A DNA stretch of 64,000 nucleotides from an uncultured archaeon (lineage in GTDB: Archaea > Asgardarchaeota > Thorarchaeia > Thorarchaeales > Thorarchaeaceae). Shown piece by piece: positions 47,460 through 55,912 of this stretch. Location: assembly GCA_964610875.1 (NCBI GenBank), contig CAZSWP010000014.1, positions 16,863 through 80,862 of the forward strand, in the 5' to 3' direction. The translations under genes were made by a program, and so were the position numbers. How positions within the stretch are numbered: the first letter of the stretch is position 1; each line of letters begins with the position of its first letter. The notes under the pieces are model-generated. The model searched no databases, was not told where the DNA came from, and saw nothing but the letters and a program-made list of their open reading frames with translations.

Positions 47460-48878
47460 ATGGGCATAGAGGTAGAAATTACTCGGAAAAAAAAGAAACT
47501 ATACTCTAATCCCCGAGTGATGATTATTGCCATTGATGCTATGCTTGTGATGTTAGGTTTTGGAATTGTAGGTCCGTCAATGGCATTCTATCTAATCGCC
47601 TTAGAGGGTGGTTTGACCCAAGCTCCGGGACCTGATTACGTAGTTCCAGCAGAAGTTGTTGCTGAGTTCTCTCTTATTCTGGGTGTGATGATGGCTGCAT
47701 TCATGGCAACACGAACTGTTCTGGCCCGTTATTGGGGCAGTGTATCTGATGAAAAAGGACGTAAACCCCTGTTAGTATCTGGTCTTCTGGGATATGTCAT
47801 TTTGCTGTTTCTCTTTGGAATGGCGCAAAATTGGATACATCTTCTGATAATCCGTTCTCTTCAAGGGGTTGTTTCTGCAATGGTTTGGCCTGTTGCTGAG
47901 GCTGCCTTGATGGATATTGTTGGAATGGAAAAAAGAGCTGAGGGGCTAGGGCTCTACATGATGGTTTCTAATGTTGGATTCATTTTGGGTCCTGGAGTTG
48001 GTGGTCTTCTATACAATTTCTGCAGAGATGTTCTATTACTCCCAGTGCCTGATGTGTTCAGAGTTCCATATTTCATCGCGGCAATAATTGTGTTGCCTGC
48101 GACAATTTTGACTGCTATTTTATTGAAGGAAACAGCTCCTGGAAAGATAGAGAGTTTGTTAACTGAAGAAGCCATTTCTGAAGTTCCTAATGATGGTTCA
48201 AATGAATCTGAACGGCTTGATGAGCATTTGACACCAAGGAGAGAAAAGATGATTCGAGCTATCTACCTTATGGCGATGGCTAATGGATTTGCAATGGGTC
48301 TTGGACAACCGATTTTTCAGCTCTTTCTAATGAGCAAGATCACGAGTGACATCGGTCTTATTGGATGGATAATTTCAGGTGCTGGTGCAATAGGTATGTT
48401 GTTTTCAATTCCCGCAGGCAGATATGCTGATAGACGCGGGAGAAAGGGATTAGCTGTTGGTGGTGCGCTGACAGCACGATTGAGTCTTGGAGTTCTTCCA
48501 ATGACATCAACAATTGAACAAACGGCTGCTGTCTGGATAACACAGAATGCATCCTTTTCTGTATCTCAACCAGCTCTCCGTGCAATACAGGCTGATATTG
48601 TCCCATGGAATTTGCGAGGCAAGTTATTTGGTACTATTCAGGCGTATTTCAATGCAGGTGCCACTATAGGACCTCTGATTGGTGGAGCAATGTACGGTTT
48701 CTTTTCATTGCTTGTTTTCAACTTCGGTTTTTTCTCGTTGAATGGATATTTCATACCTTTCTGGATTGCGGCTGGATTCGGCATTCTTGGTGCGCTTGTT
48801 CTTCAGATATTCGTAGAGGAGACCCATCCTGTTAAGATTTCTGAAGCTGATGAGGAAGCGGCTCCAGATGCAACTTGA
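47460..48878 (+). CDS. MFS transporter (DHA1-like)
   Basis: About 12 TM; motif A in both halves (GSVSDEKGRKP, GRYADRRGRK). Confidence 0.92.
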   Translation: MGIEVEITRKKKKLYSNPRVMIIAIDAMLVMLGFGIVGPSMAFYLIALEGGLTQAPGPDYVVPAEVVAEFSLILGVMMAAFMATRTVLARYWGSVSDEKGRKPLLVSGLLGYVILLFLFGMAQNWIHLLIIRSLQGVVSAMVWPVAEAALMDIVGMEKRAEGLGLYMMVSNVGFILGPGVGGLLYNFCRDVLLLPVPDVFRVPYFIAAIIVLPATILTAILLKETAPGKIESLLTEEAISEVPNDGSNESERLDEHLTPRREKMIRAIYLMAMANGFAMGLGQPIFQLFLMSKITSDIGLIGWIISGAGAIGMLFSIPAGRYADRRGRKGLAVGGALTARLSLGVLPMTSTIEQTAAVWITQNASFSVSQPALRAIQADIVPWNLRGKLFGTIQAYFNAGATIGPLIGGAMYGFFSLLVFNFGFFSLNGYFIPFWIAAGFGILGALVLQIFVEETHPVKISEADEEAAPDAT

Positions 48879-48982
48879 TTTGCAGTTGGCTGAGATAGAA
48901 ACGCCTATATACACAAATCTGATGGCCCTGAAGTACATGAAACAGCATGGAGGTGCAGTATAGATATGACAATTGTAATGGT

Positions 48983-48996
48983 TAGTGATATCACTA
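48983..48996. promoter_or_regulatory. Perfect 14-bp palindrome (candidate operator) upstream of the RIO-RIO-wHTH operon
   Basis: TAGTGATATCACTA, about 20 bp downstream of a TATA-like TATAGATA. Confidence 0.55.
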
Positions 48997-49012
48997 GTAA
49001 TCTAATTGTAGC

Positions 49013-49188
49013 TGACAACTGCACAGATGCTGTAGGGGTCTTTTAGGACTTCGCTACTTCTTTGTGCACTGTTATCATATAGCACGACGTGATACTTGGT
49101 CTCTGAAGTGCAGCAAGTTGTCGCAGTAGTCGGTTTGTGATTTTATGTCGTTTTAACATAAGACGTGCTAAGCTCAGTCGATGTGAGT
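49013..49188 (+). ncRNA. Candidate structured leader RNA
   Basis: Long hairpin 49013-49077, a multibranch domain 49080-49170 closed by TAGCACG/CGTGCTA, and a small hairpin 49172-49188. No known family recognised. Confidence 0.4.
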
Positions 49189-50059
49189 GACAATTAAAAT
49201 TGAAGGAAAAAAGACCCACATGTTACCTGAGCTGTTCCGGAAGGATGCGGTGACAGTGTCGGGTATAGTCGAAAAATTCGATCCGAGAAAACCGAGTGCT
49301 CTATCTCGAAAACGGGATGCTTTGAAGAGTACTCAAGAATCAAGACAGGTTCGATTCCAAGAGATCTCTCTTGAGGAGGTTAAAACAGATGCAGTTGAGT
49401 TTGGATTAGCAACAGAAGTCCTCTACCAAATAAAGGCTGGAAAAGAAGCATCAATCCATCTTGCACTTTGGAAGGATCACCCCATCATTCTGAAAGTGTA
49501 CCGTCTTTGGAAAACATCTCATGCTTCTAAAGAAAGAGGTACAAACGCTCCTGGTCAAATGGAAGCGTTAGCAGCAAAAGAATTTGATGTTCTTTGGAAG
49601 TGTTATCAAGCGGGTGTTCATGTTCCCACTCCCATCGGACGAGTTGGACACTATATCACAATGCGATTCATTGGTGATGGAACTGACCCTGCCCTACAAC
49701 TGAAAGACATTCAAATAGATGAACCTGAAAGAGCATTGGATCAAATATTCGATGACTATCTACTCATGTACAGGGATGCAAAATATGTCCATGGGGATTT
49801 TAGTTGCTATAATATACTGTGGTGGCAGAACCGACCATGGATAATCGATGTTCCACAGGCAGCAATTGTTGGCCCTTGGACAGATATGAGAAAAGCAGAA
49901 TCTCTTCTCTATCGAGACATCAAGAATGTACTTTCCTATTTCAAACGATATTATGGGATTCACCGAGATAGCAAAGCAATACGTGATACATTCCTCTCCG
50001 AGTATATTCCAAGTAACCTGGAAAACTACGATGAAGACGTTGGAGGCTGGATTCAATGA
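49187..50059 (+). CDS. RIO-family atypical protein kinase, copy 1 (true start possibly GTG 49256)
   Basis: AGKEASI, ILKVYR, VPTPI, MRFIG, HGDFSCYNIL, IIDVPQA. Confidence 0.9.
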   Translation: MTIKIEGKKTHMLPELFRKDAVTVSGIVEKFDPRKPSALSRKRDALKSTQESRQVRFQEISLEEVKTDAVEFGLATEVLYQIKAGKEASIHLALWKDHPIILKVYRLWKTSHASKERGTNAPGQMEALAAKEFDVLWKCYQAGVHVPTPIGRVGHYITMRFIGDGTDPALQLKDIQIDEPERALDQIFDDYLLMYRDAKYVHGDFSCYNILWWQNRPWIIDVPQAAIVGPWTDMRKAESLLYRDIKNVLSYFKRYYGIHRDSKAIRDTFLSEYIPSNLENYDEDVGGWIQ

Positions 50060-50883
50060 GTCATGTTGAGAAGCATAATCCATTGAAGAAAGATGCTTTG
50101 TCTCAAAAACGCGACTCCTTGAAAGACGGTGGACGCGTAGATATCCCAGAGATCACGTTCGAAACGGTGAAGGAAGATGCAATTAGGTTTGGATTAGTCA
50201 CCGATGTTCACTATCAAATGAATGCTGGAAAAGAAGCTTCGATATTCTTAGCGGAATGGAAGGGACATGCAGTAATCCTGAAAGCCTATCGACTCTGGCA
50301 CTCTTCACATCAGTTGTCAAAGACGAAGGGATTCATTCCAGTAGGCACTTCAAAGAGATCTTACTGTGTCTATGACATGATGGCGAACATGGCCGTGGTA
50401 GAATACGATCTGCTGATAAATTGCTTCAAAGCAGGAATGCACGTTCCGACTCCGATTGGTCGTGTAGGAACCTATGTTACAATGCGGTTCATAGGTGATG
50501 ATTTTGAACCAGCACCTCAGCTAAAGGATGCTGAACTTCAAGAACCAGAGGTCGTGTTTGAACAGATTCTTGATGATTACCTCATTATGTATCGGGATGT
50601 ACATTACGTCCATGCTGATCTTAGCGAGTATAACATCTTGTGGTGGCAGAATCGACCATGGATAATCGATGTTCCCCAAGGGTACAAGGTTGATACACAT
50701 TGCAATATGAACAAGGCAGAGGCACTCCTGCGAAGAGACATCAGAAATGTAATGAAATACTTCGAGAGTTACGGTATCCATAAAGATGAGGAACACATCT
50801 TAGAGGCCTTCTTAGATTCGTATATTCCTCACAATAAGCAACACTACCGTGAACTCTTACCCCAAGGAGGTGAGCTACTGTGA
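50056..50883 (+). CDS. RIO-family atypical protein kinase, copy 2
   Basis: AGKEASI, ILKAYR, HADLSEYNIL, IIDVPQG; ATGA overlap with copy 1. Confidence 0.9.
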   Translation: MSHVEKHNPLKKDALSQKRDSLKDGGRVDIPEITFETVKEDAIRFGLVTDVHYQMNAGKEASIFLAEWKGHAVILKAYRLWHSSHQLSKTKGFIPVGTSKRSYCVYDMMANMAVVEYDLLINCFKAGMHVPTPIGRVGTYVTMRFIGDDFEPAPQLKDAELQEPEVVFEQILDDYLIMYRDVHYVHADLSEYNILWWQNRPWIIDVPQGYKVDTHCNMNKAEALLRRDIRNVMKYFESYGIHKDEEHILEAFLDSYIPHNKQHYRELLPQGGELL

Positions 50884-51164
50884 TGGGTTTACCACGCAGT
50901 GCAGTTAAGATACTAAAACATCTGGATCAGAAAGGTCCAATGTGTCCAGTAGATATTTGCGAAACTGCAAACATTGCTCCGAGAACTGTCAGCCATGCAC
51001 TCCGTAGGTTGACGGCTACGAAGATATGTCGCAAGATTCCAAATCTACAGGACATGCGAAGACCTCTCTATTCACCAAATTATGAACGTGTGAAAGAGAT
51101 TGTCGAGAGACATGGTCCAGAATCCGTAATTGGTTCTCAACTGATGATGTGTTTTAGGAGATGA
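50880..51164 (+). CDS. Winged-helix (MarR/ArsR-like) DNA-binding protein
   Basis: LPRSAVKILKHL..KGPM...IAPRTVSHALRRL...IPNLQDMRRPLY; SD GGAGGTGA; overlaps the kinase stop codon. Confidence 0.82.
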   Translation: MMGLPRSAVKILKHLDQKGPMCPVDICETANIAPRTVSHALRRLTATKICRKIPNLQDMRRPLYSPNYERVKEIVERHGPESVIGSQLMMCFRR

Positions 51165-51212
51165 AATTCACATCATTCTAGAACACTCATCATTTGAGCT
51201 TCTTAAATTCAA

Positions 51213-51243
51213 TCCAGAGTGATAAAACTCCATTCACTCTGGA
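51213..51243 (+). terminator. Hairpin after the RIO operon
   Basis: TCCAGAGTGA / TCACTCTGGA perfect 10-bp stem followed by CCTTCTTCT. Confidence 0.6.
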
Positions 51244-51350
51244 CCTTCTTCTATGCATCCTGAGTACTATTGTAAACATAATAGTTTTAATAACCGATAT
51301 AATGCTCCCATTGATTCTCATTAAACAAATTATCTAGGACGGATATCCTG

Positions 51351-52436
51351 TTGAATACCAGTCATAACCATTATCGTATTGAACAATTCACATTTTCAAA
51401 ATCCCAGATTCCTGAACTGAGTTCTCTTATTGCAGATGCTTTTGTCGATCATGGTAGGAATGAAGGTGGCACTATTGCTTTCGATGAGGACACATTCCGT
51501 TTGAAGTTTGATTCGCCCATACGTGATTCAAATGTGTACATTCGTGCAGTCCATGAGCCTACTAGTGAGATTGTAGGGTTTCTTGGAGGTGTTGTTCGCC
51601 ATACCTATATTGAAGGTGAAAAACACAAGATTGGTGCTCCAGCTTGGATTGCTGTAAGGCCTGACCATCAAAGGAAAGGTATTGCCAAGCAAATGGGTAT
51701 CGAACTTATGAAGGCTGGTTTAGAGCTTGGCTATCATGGAGGTCTTGGCACATTTGAGCCGGAAGCACATGGAATTGACACTGCGATGTCAATTGCAAGA
51801 GACTATAATCTCGTTTCAAAAGAACTAGTACGAATCAATAACTTTGTTATCAGAGTTTACGATGCATATGCTGCTGCTCGTGCAGTAAGACTCAAGTCTT
51901 ATGAAAAATGGGGATTAAGACTTATTCAAGGTATAAGGAAAGTCGATAACCCGCAAGTGAGAGAATTCGAAGAAACGGACGCAGCTAGAGTTTATGAATT
52001 GACAAATGATTTCATTGAACGAAATCAAATTGCCTTTGTAAGAGAGAAAGATGAATTCATGTGGTTTTTGAAGCAGAAACCAGTAAACTGCGTTGTTCAT
52101 GAAGACTCGACTGGTGAAGTGGATGGTTTCTTGATTGCATGGGAGCATCTGCTTGGGGGTATTGGTGAATTCATTCCAGCAGGTTGGTTAAGTCATGTCC
52201 ATACTCATCGATTAGAAAAGAGTGAGGCGATAAATCTGGTTCGATATTTGGACCTCAAGTCCCATGAACGAGGTTGGCTCGGAATTCAGTCTCCGTATAT
52301 CCCCTATTTTGACGCAGAACCATTCAAGAAGTCTCGTTATCAATTCTACAAAAAACAACTACTGATTACTCTTTTTGCTACTCGAGATGTAGATATGCCC
52401 GACCAAATATCAAGCATCTATTATGACTACGAATAG
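51351..52436 (+). CDS. Tandem-GNAT acyltransferase resembling N-myristoyltransferase
   Basis: GNAT motif A IAVRPDHQRKGIA; second GNAT domain VREFEETD...VVHEDSTGEVDGFL. Confidence 0.8.
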   Translation: MNTSHNHYRIEQFTFSKSQIPELSSLIADAFVDHGRNEGGTIAFDEDTFRLKFDSPIRDSNVYIRAVHEPTSEIVGFLGGVVRHTYIEGEKHKIGAPAWIAVRPDHQRKGIAKQMGIELMKAGLELGYHGGLGTFEPEAHGIDTAMSIARDYNLVSKELVRINNFVIRVYDAYAAARAVRLKSYEKWGLRLIQGIRKVDNPQVREFEETDAARVYELTNDFIERNQIAFVREKDEFMWFLKQKPVNCVVHEDSTGEVDGFLIAWEHLLGGIGEFIPAGWLSHVHTHRLEKSEAINLVRYLDLKSHERGWLGIQSPYIPYFDAEPFKKSRYQFYKKQLLITLFATRDVDMPDQISSIYYDYE

Positions 52437-52540
52437 AAATTCTAGTAACGAGCCAAATAAGGAGTCTTGAAAACATCATATCCAAGGGATACTCTGTCCC
52501 ACAGACTCCTTAGGGTACGAGGGACAGTGTGCGACTAAGC

Positions 52541-52957
52541 CTAGGATACTTTCCTGAGAACTACCTTTGAAACGCCTGGGATTTTCTGCAGGCTTTCTTC
52601 AAGTTCTTTCAGAGTGATTACTAATTGGTCAGGTACGAAATAGCACTCGTAATAGCACTTCTCGCCTCTAAGGCATACGCCGGTTGTGAATATGATGTCG
52701 CTTAATTTGGCATCATTGAATGAGAAGTTAAGTTGCTTGAGGAAATTACGTGAAAGATCACTAATCTCAATTCTCAGAAGATAGATGTCATCTGAGGCAA
52801 CTGGGAATATTTTCATCACACGGTCTTTATGGTGAAGAACTGTCAAGGCAGCTTTCTCCTTAATGTCCGCTACGAATTCAGCCGGGAACTCCACTGGCTT
52901 TCCCGGGGTTAAATGAAGTATGATTGCTGAGGTCGCACCCTCTCTGTCCGGTACCAT
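52541..52957 (-). CDS. Hypothetical protein with ACT-like C-terminal half
   Basis: 138 aa; beta-alpha pattern ending LEESLQKIPGVSKV; CLRGEKCYYEC. Confidence 0.65.
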   Translation of the reverse strand: MVPDREGATSAIILHLTPGKPVEFPAEFVADIKEKAALTVLHHKDRVMKIFPVASDDIYLLRIEISDLSRNFLKQLNFSFNDAKLSDIIFTTGVCLRGEKCYYECYFVPDQLVITLKELEESLQKIPGVSKVVLRKVS

Positions 52958-53141
52958 CGCTTCCTACATCCTTTTGTTTCTTATCTAGCCCTTAACGGGT
53001 TTATATCTGGCTTTGTGTGTTTCTCTCTAATTAAGTTATTCTGTCGAGTCTCAAAACCTCTATACGAGGGTATTACACAACAGACTCGCCTTTAAAACAG
53101 GCACAATCTATAACTGTTATTGTGGTAGACTATAATCGAGG

Positions 53142-53858
53142 TTGAGAGATTTGCATCCTAGAATTTTACAGCTTGTTGGAATTGTTTTGCTTGTGGTTTG
53201 TGCAGCAATGACTTGGATCGTATATGATAGCACATTAGCAGTAGGTGGTGACCCATCTATACTACTAACCTCAGGAATTGTGGCTTGGGGCATTCTTGCA
53301 CTACCTGAATTGATAATTGGTCTGTGGTTACTCGCAAAAGGTACACGTGAAGCAAGGATTGGAGACGTATCTGGGAATTTGATAAAGCTCGTGCAAGAAG
53401 AAGGTCGTATCAGTGTGGATGCAGCTGCCAAAAAACTAGGTGCAGAACCAGAAGATGTTGTAGATGCAGCTGAAAAATTAGAGCGAAAACGTTTACCCTT
53501 GGTCTATGTTGATAGGCGCAGAAATGAGATAGTCAGTCCGAGAGCAGTAGAACTCAAGGAGAGTATTCTCCATCTTATGTTCGCACAGAGAAGAATGAAG
53601 TTCAGTCAAATTGCTGAGGTAACTGAAGCTACTGAGGAGCAGATTATTGAAGCTCTTAAAGAACTGTCCAAAGAAGGTAAATTCCGTGGTGTTATAGATG
53701 AGAATTCCAGAGTTATTTATACAAAAGAAGCAGTAAGTCAGATGCCCAAAGCTGTCACCGCCTGTCCTAACTGTGGTGGAAAACTTCCGAATCCCATCCT
53801 ACCTGGGGAAGAAGAAAACTGCCCGTACTGTGGTCATGTGATTACTAACAAATTGTGA
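53142..53858 (+). CDS. Membrane protein: 2 TM, two winged-helix (PCI-like) domains, double zinc ribbon
   Basis: Two TMs; GRISVDAAAKKLG; MKFSQIAE...LSKEGKFRGVIDE; CPNCGG...CPYCG. Confidence 0.75.
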   Translation: MRDLHPRILQLVGIVLLVVCAAMTWIVYDSTLAVGGDPSILLTSGIVAWGILALPELIIGLWLLAKGTREARIGDVSGNLIKLVQEEGRISVDAAAKKLGAEPEDVVDAAEKLERKRLPLVYVDRRRNEIVSPRAVELKESILHLMFAQRRMKFSQIAEVTEATEEQIIEALKELSKEGKFRGVIDENSRVIYTKEAVSQMPKAVTACPNCGGKLPNPILPGEEENCPYCGHVITNKL

Positions 53859-53872
53859 TAGAAACAAATTTG

Positions 53873-55009
53873 CTAAGATGAAACTCTGAATCTCTCAATC
53901 TTCCATTTTGTTTTGATTTCACTCCCCTTTACGACATGGAAGTAGTCAAAGAGATTAGTAACTAAACATGAATGATTTGGTATAATTCTGACTTTACTTC
54001 CAATTTTGGCTTGATGAAGAGGCGATTCAGAACTAATCAGTACCACTCCATGTTCTTGGGAGAGAGAAACTATTTCCGTATCATTAACAGGTTGCATATC
54101 ATTGTAATCATCTATGATTATTCCATATCCACATTCTGGTTGAATATGCGTTGGTCCAAGATCCTTTGATAGGGCAGTTGCACCTGCATCAATCACAATA
54201 TGGTCTGAGTACTTACCAACAATGGTAGCCACTACAGTTTGTGCACATTGGTCCAGTCTACAAGAACCAAGAACCGTTTGTGTATAATCATAGAATACAT
54301 AGTTTCCTGGTCTGACTTCAGTTATCCCTCTCTGAATTTGTTCAGCTAATGAGATTGTGGGAGTAGAACCAATACTTGTTGTGTTGCATTCTATTCTATA
54401 ATCATCTCTAAGTTTGTCTACAAAAACGAATATTGCTTCTTGTTCTTCCATAGCAACTCGTTTTATTTCCTCAGCAGATTGTTGATAATATGCATGTCCT
54501 GCATGTGTGAGTATTCCCTCAAAATTCAAATTTGGCGCATCTTCAATTCTATTTGCAAGCTCGTAAGATTTCTCATCATAAAGACCAACACCTGATCTGT
54601 GATATCCGCAATCAATCTTCAATAGAACATCGGTCTTAATCCCATCTTCTTCGCAGGACTCATTAAGCATTTTCACCGAAGCTGAATCGTCCACAAGCAA
54701 TTTGATTTCATTCTTTCCAAGTAACGAAGAAACAGCATCATAAGTTGTCTTTGATATTGGAAATGCGAAAGTTATGTCCTCAAATCCCGCATCATAGAAC
54801 CTGATTAACTCTCCTGCAGTTGAAACAGTTACACCTACCATCCCCGCTTTTTCTTGGAGTTTGGCAATCTCAATGCATTTGTGCGTCTTGATATGTGGAC
54901 GCAAATCAACACCAAACGCTTTAGCTTTCTTTGCCATTCGGAGAATGTTGTCTTGGAGTTTTTCAAAATCTACTAGGACCGCTGGTGTAGCTAAATCTTC
55001 AATTCGCAT
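53873..55009 (-). CDS. DSD1-family PLP enzyme (D-serine dehydratase / D-threonine aldolase-like)
   Basis: TPAVLVD, LRPHIKTHK, GYHRSG, HAGHAY, GSTPT, EVRPGNYVFYD, DAG..ALSKD, SQEHG, PNHSC. Confidence 0.93.
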   Translation of the reverse strand: MRIEDLATPAVLVDFEKLQDNILRMAKKAKAFGVDLRPHIKTHKCIEIAKLQEKAGMVGVTVSTAGELIRFYDAGFEDITFAFPISKTTYDAVSSLLGKNEIKLLVDDSASVKMLNESCEEDGIKTDVLLKIDCGYHRSGVGLYDEKSYELANRIEDAPNLNFEGILTHAGHAYYQQSAEEIKRVAMEEQEAIFVFVDKLRDDYRIECNTTSIGSTPTISLAEQIQRGITEVRPGNYVFYDYTQTVLGSCRLDQCAQTVVATIVGKYSDHIVIDAGATALSKDLGPTHIQPECGYGIIIDDYNDMQPVNDTEIVSLSQEHGVVLISSESPLHQAKIGSKVRIIPNHSCLVTNLFDYFHVVKGSEIKTKWKIERFRVSS

Positions 55010-55104
55010 ACCTCAATACATCCATTGGTTACTAATAACTTGAATTACTTTTCAATTGGATAGATATCCGAACACATGGATTATTGGGATGAAATTACTA
55101 GAGA

Positions 55105-55830
55105 TTATTCATGAATTTCTGAATCTGGACCCTCAATGGATACTTGTGCACTATTCAAATCAGCTTCAACTAATTTCTCTACAAACTCAGGTTTTGCACA
55201 TCTACGCCCATTCGTGATTAGATTCATCCGGAGACCTCGCTCTCTACCATAAGCTATCAGTTCAAAGAGGTCATCTCGTAAGGTCGGCTCTCCACCGGTA
55301 AAGGAGAGACTTGGTACATGTGCATCATCAACGAGAATGTCAATCACTCGTTTAATATCCTCCGTACTCATCTCGCCGGACTCTCTATGAGGTGAGTATG
55401 CATAACAAAAACGACATGCATTGTTGCATCTGTAAGTGACTGCTATCTCACTCAAAACGGGATATCTAATCTCCCCCTCTCCGAAAGGGAGTATTTTTGC
55501 TGTTCTATAAGTGTAAATATTTTGATTACCTGATATCATATTCTGCAGGTCAAAGACGAATGCTGCAAGGTCATTCAATACCTTTTGTTGTGCAACGCTA
55601 TGATTTGTTTCAAAGAATTCTGTTACTTCTTGAGGTGATTTTCCATCAAGTAACATTTGTAGCATCATTTGTGCAGTCTGGTTCAGATGCATTACCTTGT
55701 TTGGTCTGAGGATTAGTAGATTGTCTTCTGGTCTTACGAAGAAGTAATCCTTCACCTCACTCATGAATCTCTCTACCCAGCTGAGATCCTCAATGGTATA
55801 GTTGTATACTGGTTTCGTAATTCGAACCAC
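55105..55830 (-). pseudogene. PqqD/RRE-fused radical SAM enzyme, 3'-truncated
   Basis: N-terminal RRE-like LNQTAQMMLQMLLDG..EV..F...V..DL; CNNACRFC, FTGGEPTL, ITNG. The ORF stops at QVSIEGPDSEIHE, mid-barrel, and I saw no continuation in the 95-bp gap before the next gene. Confidence 0.78.
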
Positions 55831-55912
55831 CCATGGTAATTGAGATTTTGCAAGTCATGTTGTCATTTCATACATCTTAAGTGCTTAGATTAGAAACTCC
55901 TACCGAAGAATC

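Noticed and set aside
53045-53126. Small stems in the 52958-53141 divergent intergenic region as an ncRNA
   Set aside because: Only 4-7-bp stems with large loops; not distinguishable from chance by eye.
55010-55107. Stop-codon readthrough or frameshift rescuing the radical SAM gene
   Set aside because: The stop is TAA, a second in-frame TAA follows within eight codons, and only 95 bp remain before the next gene.
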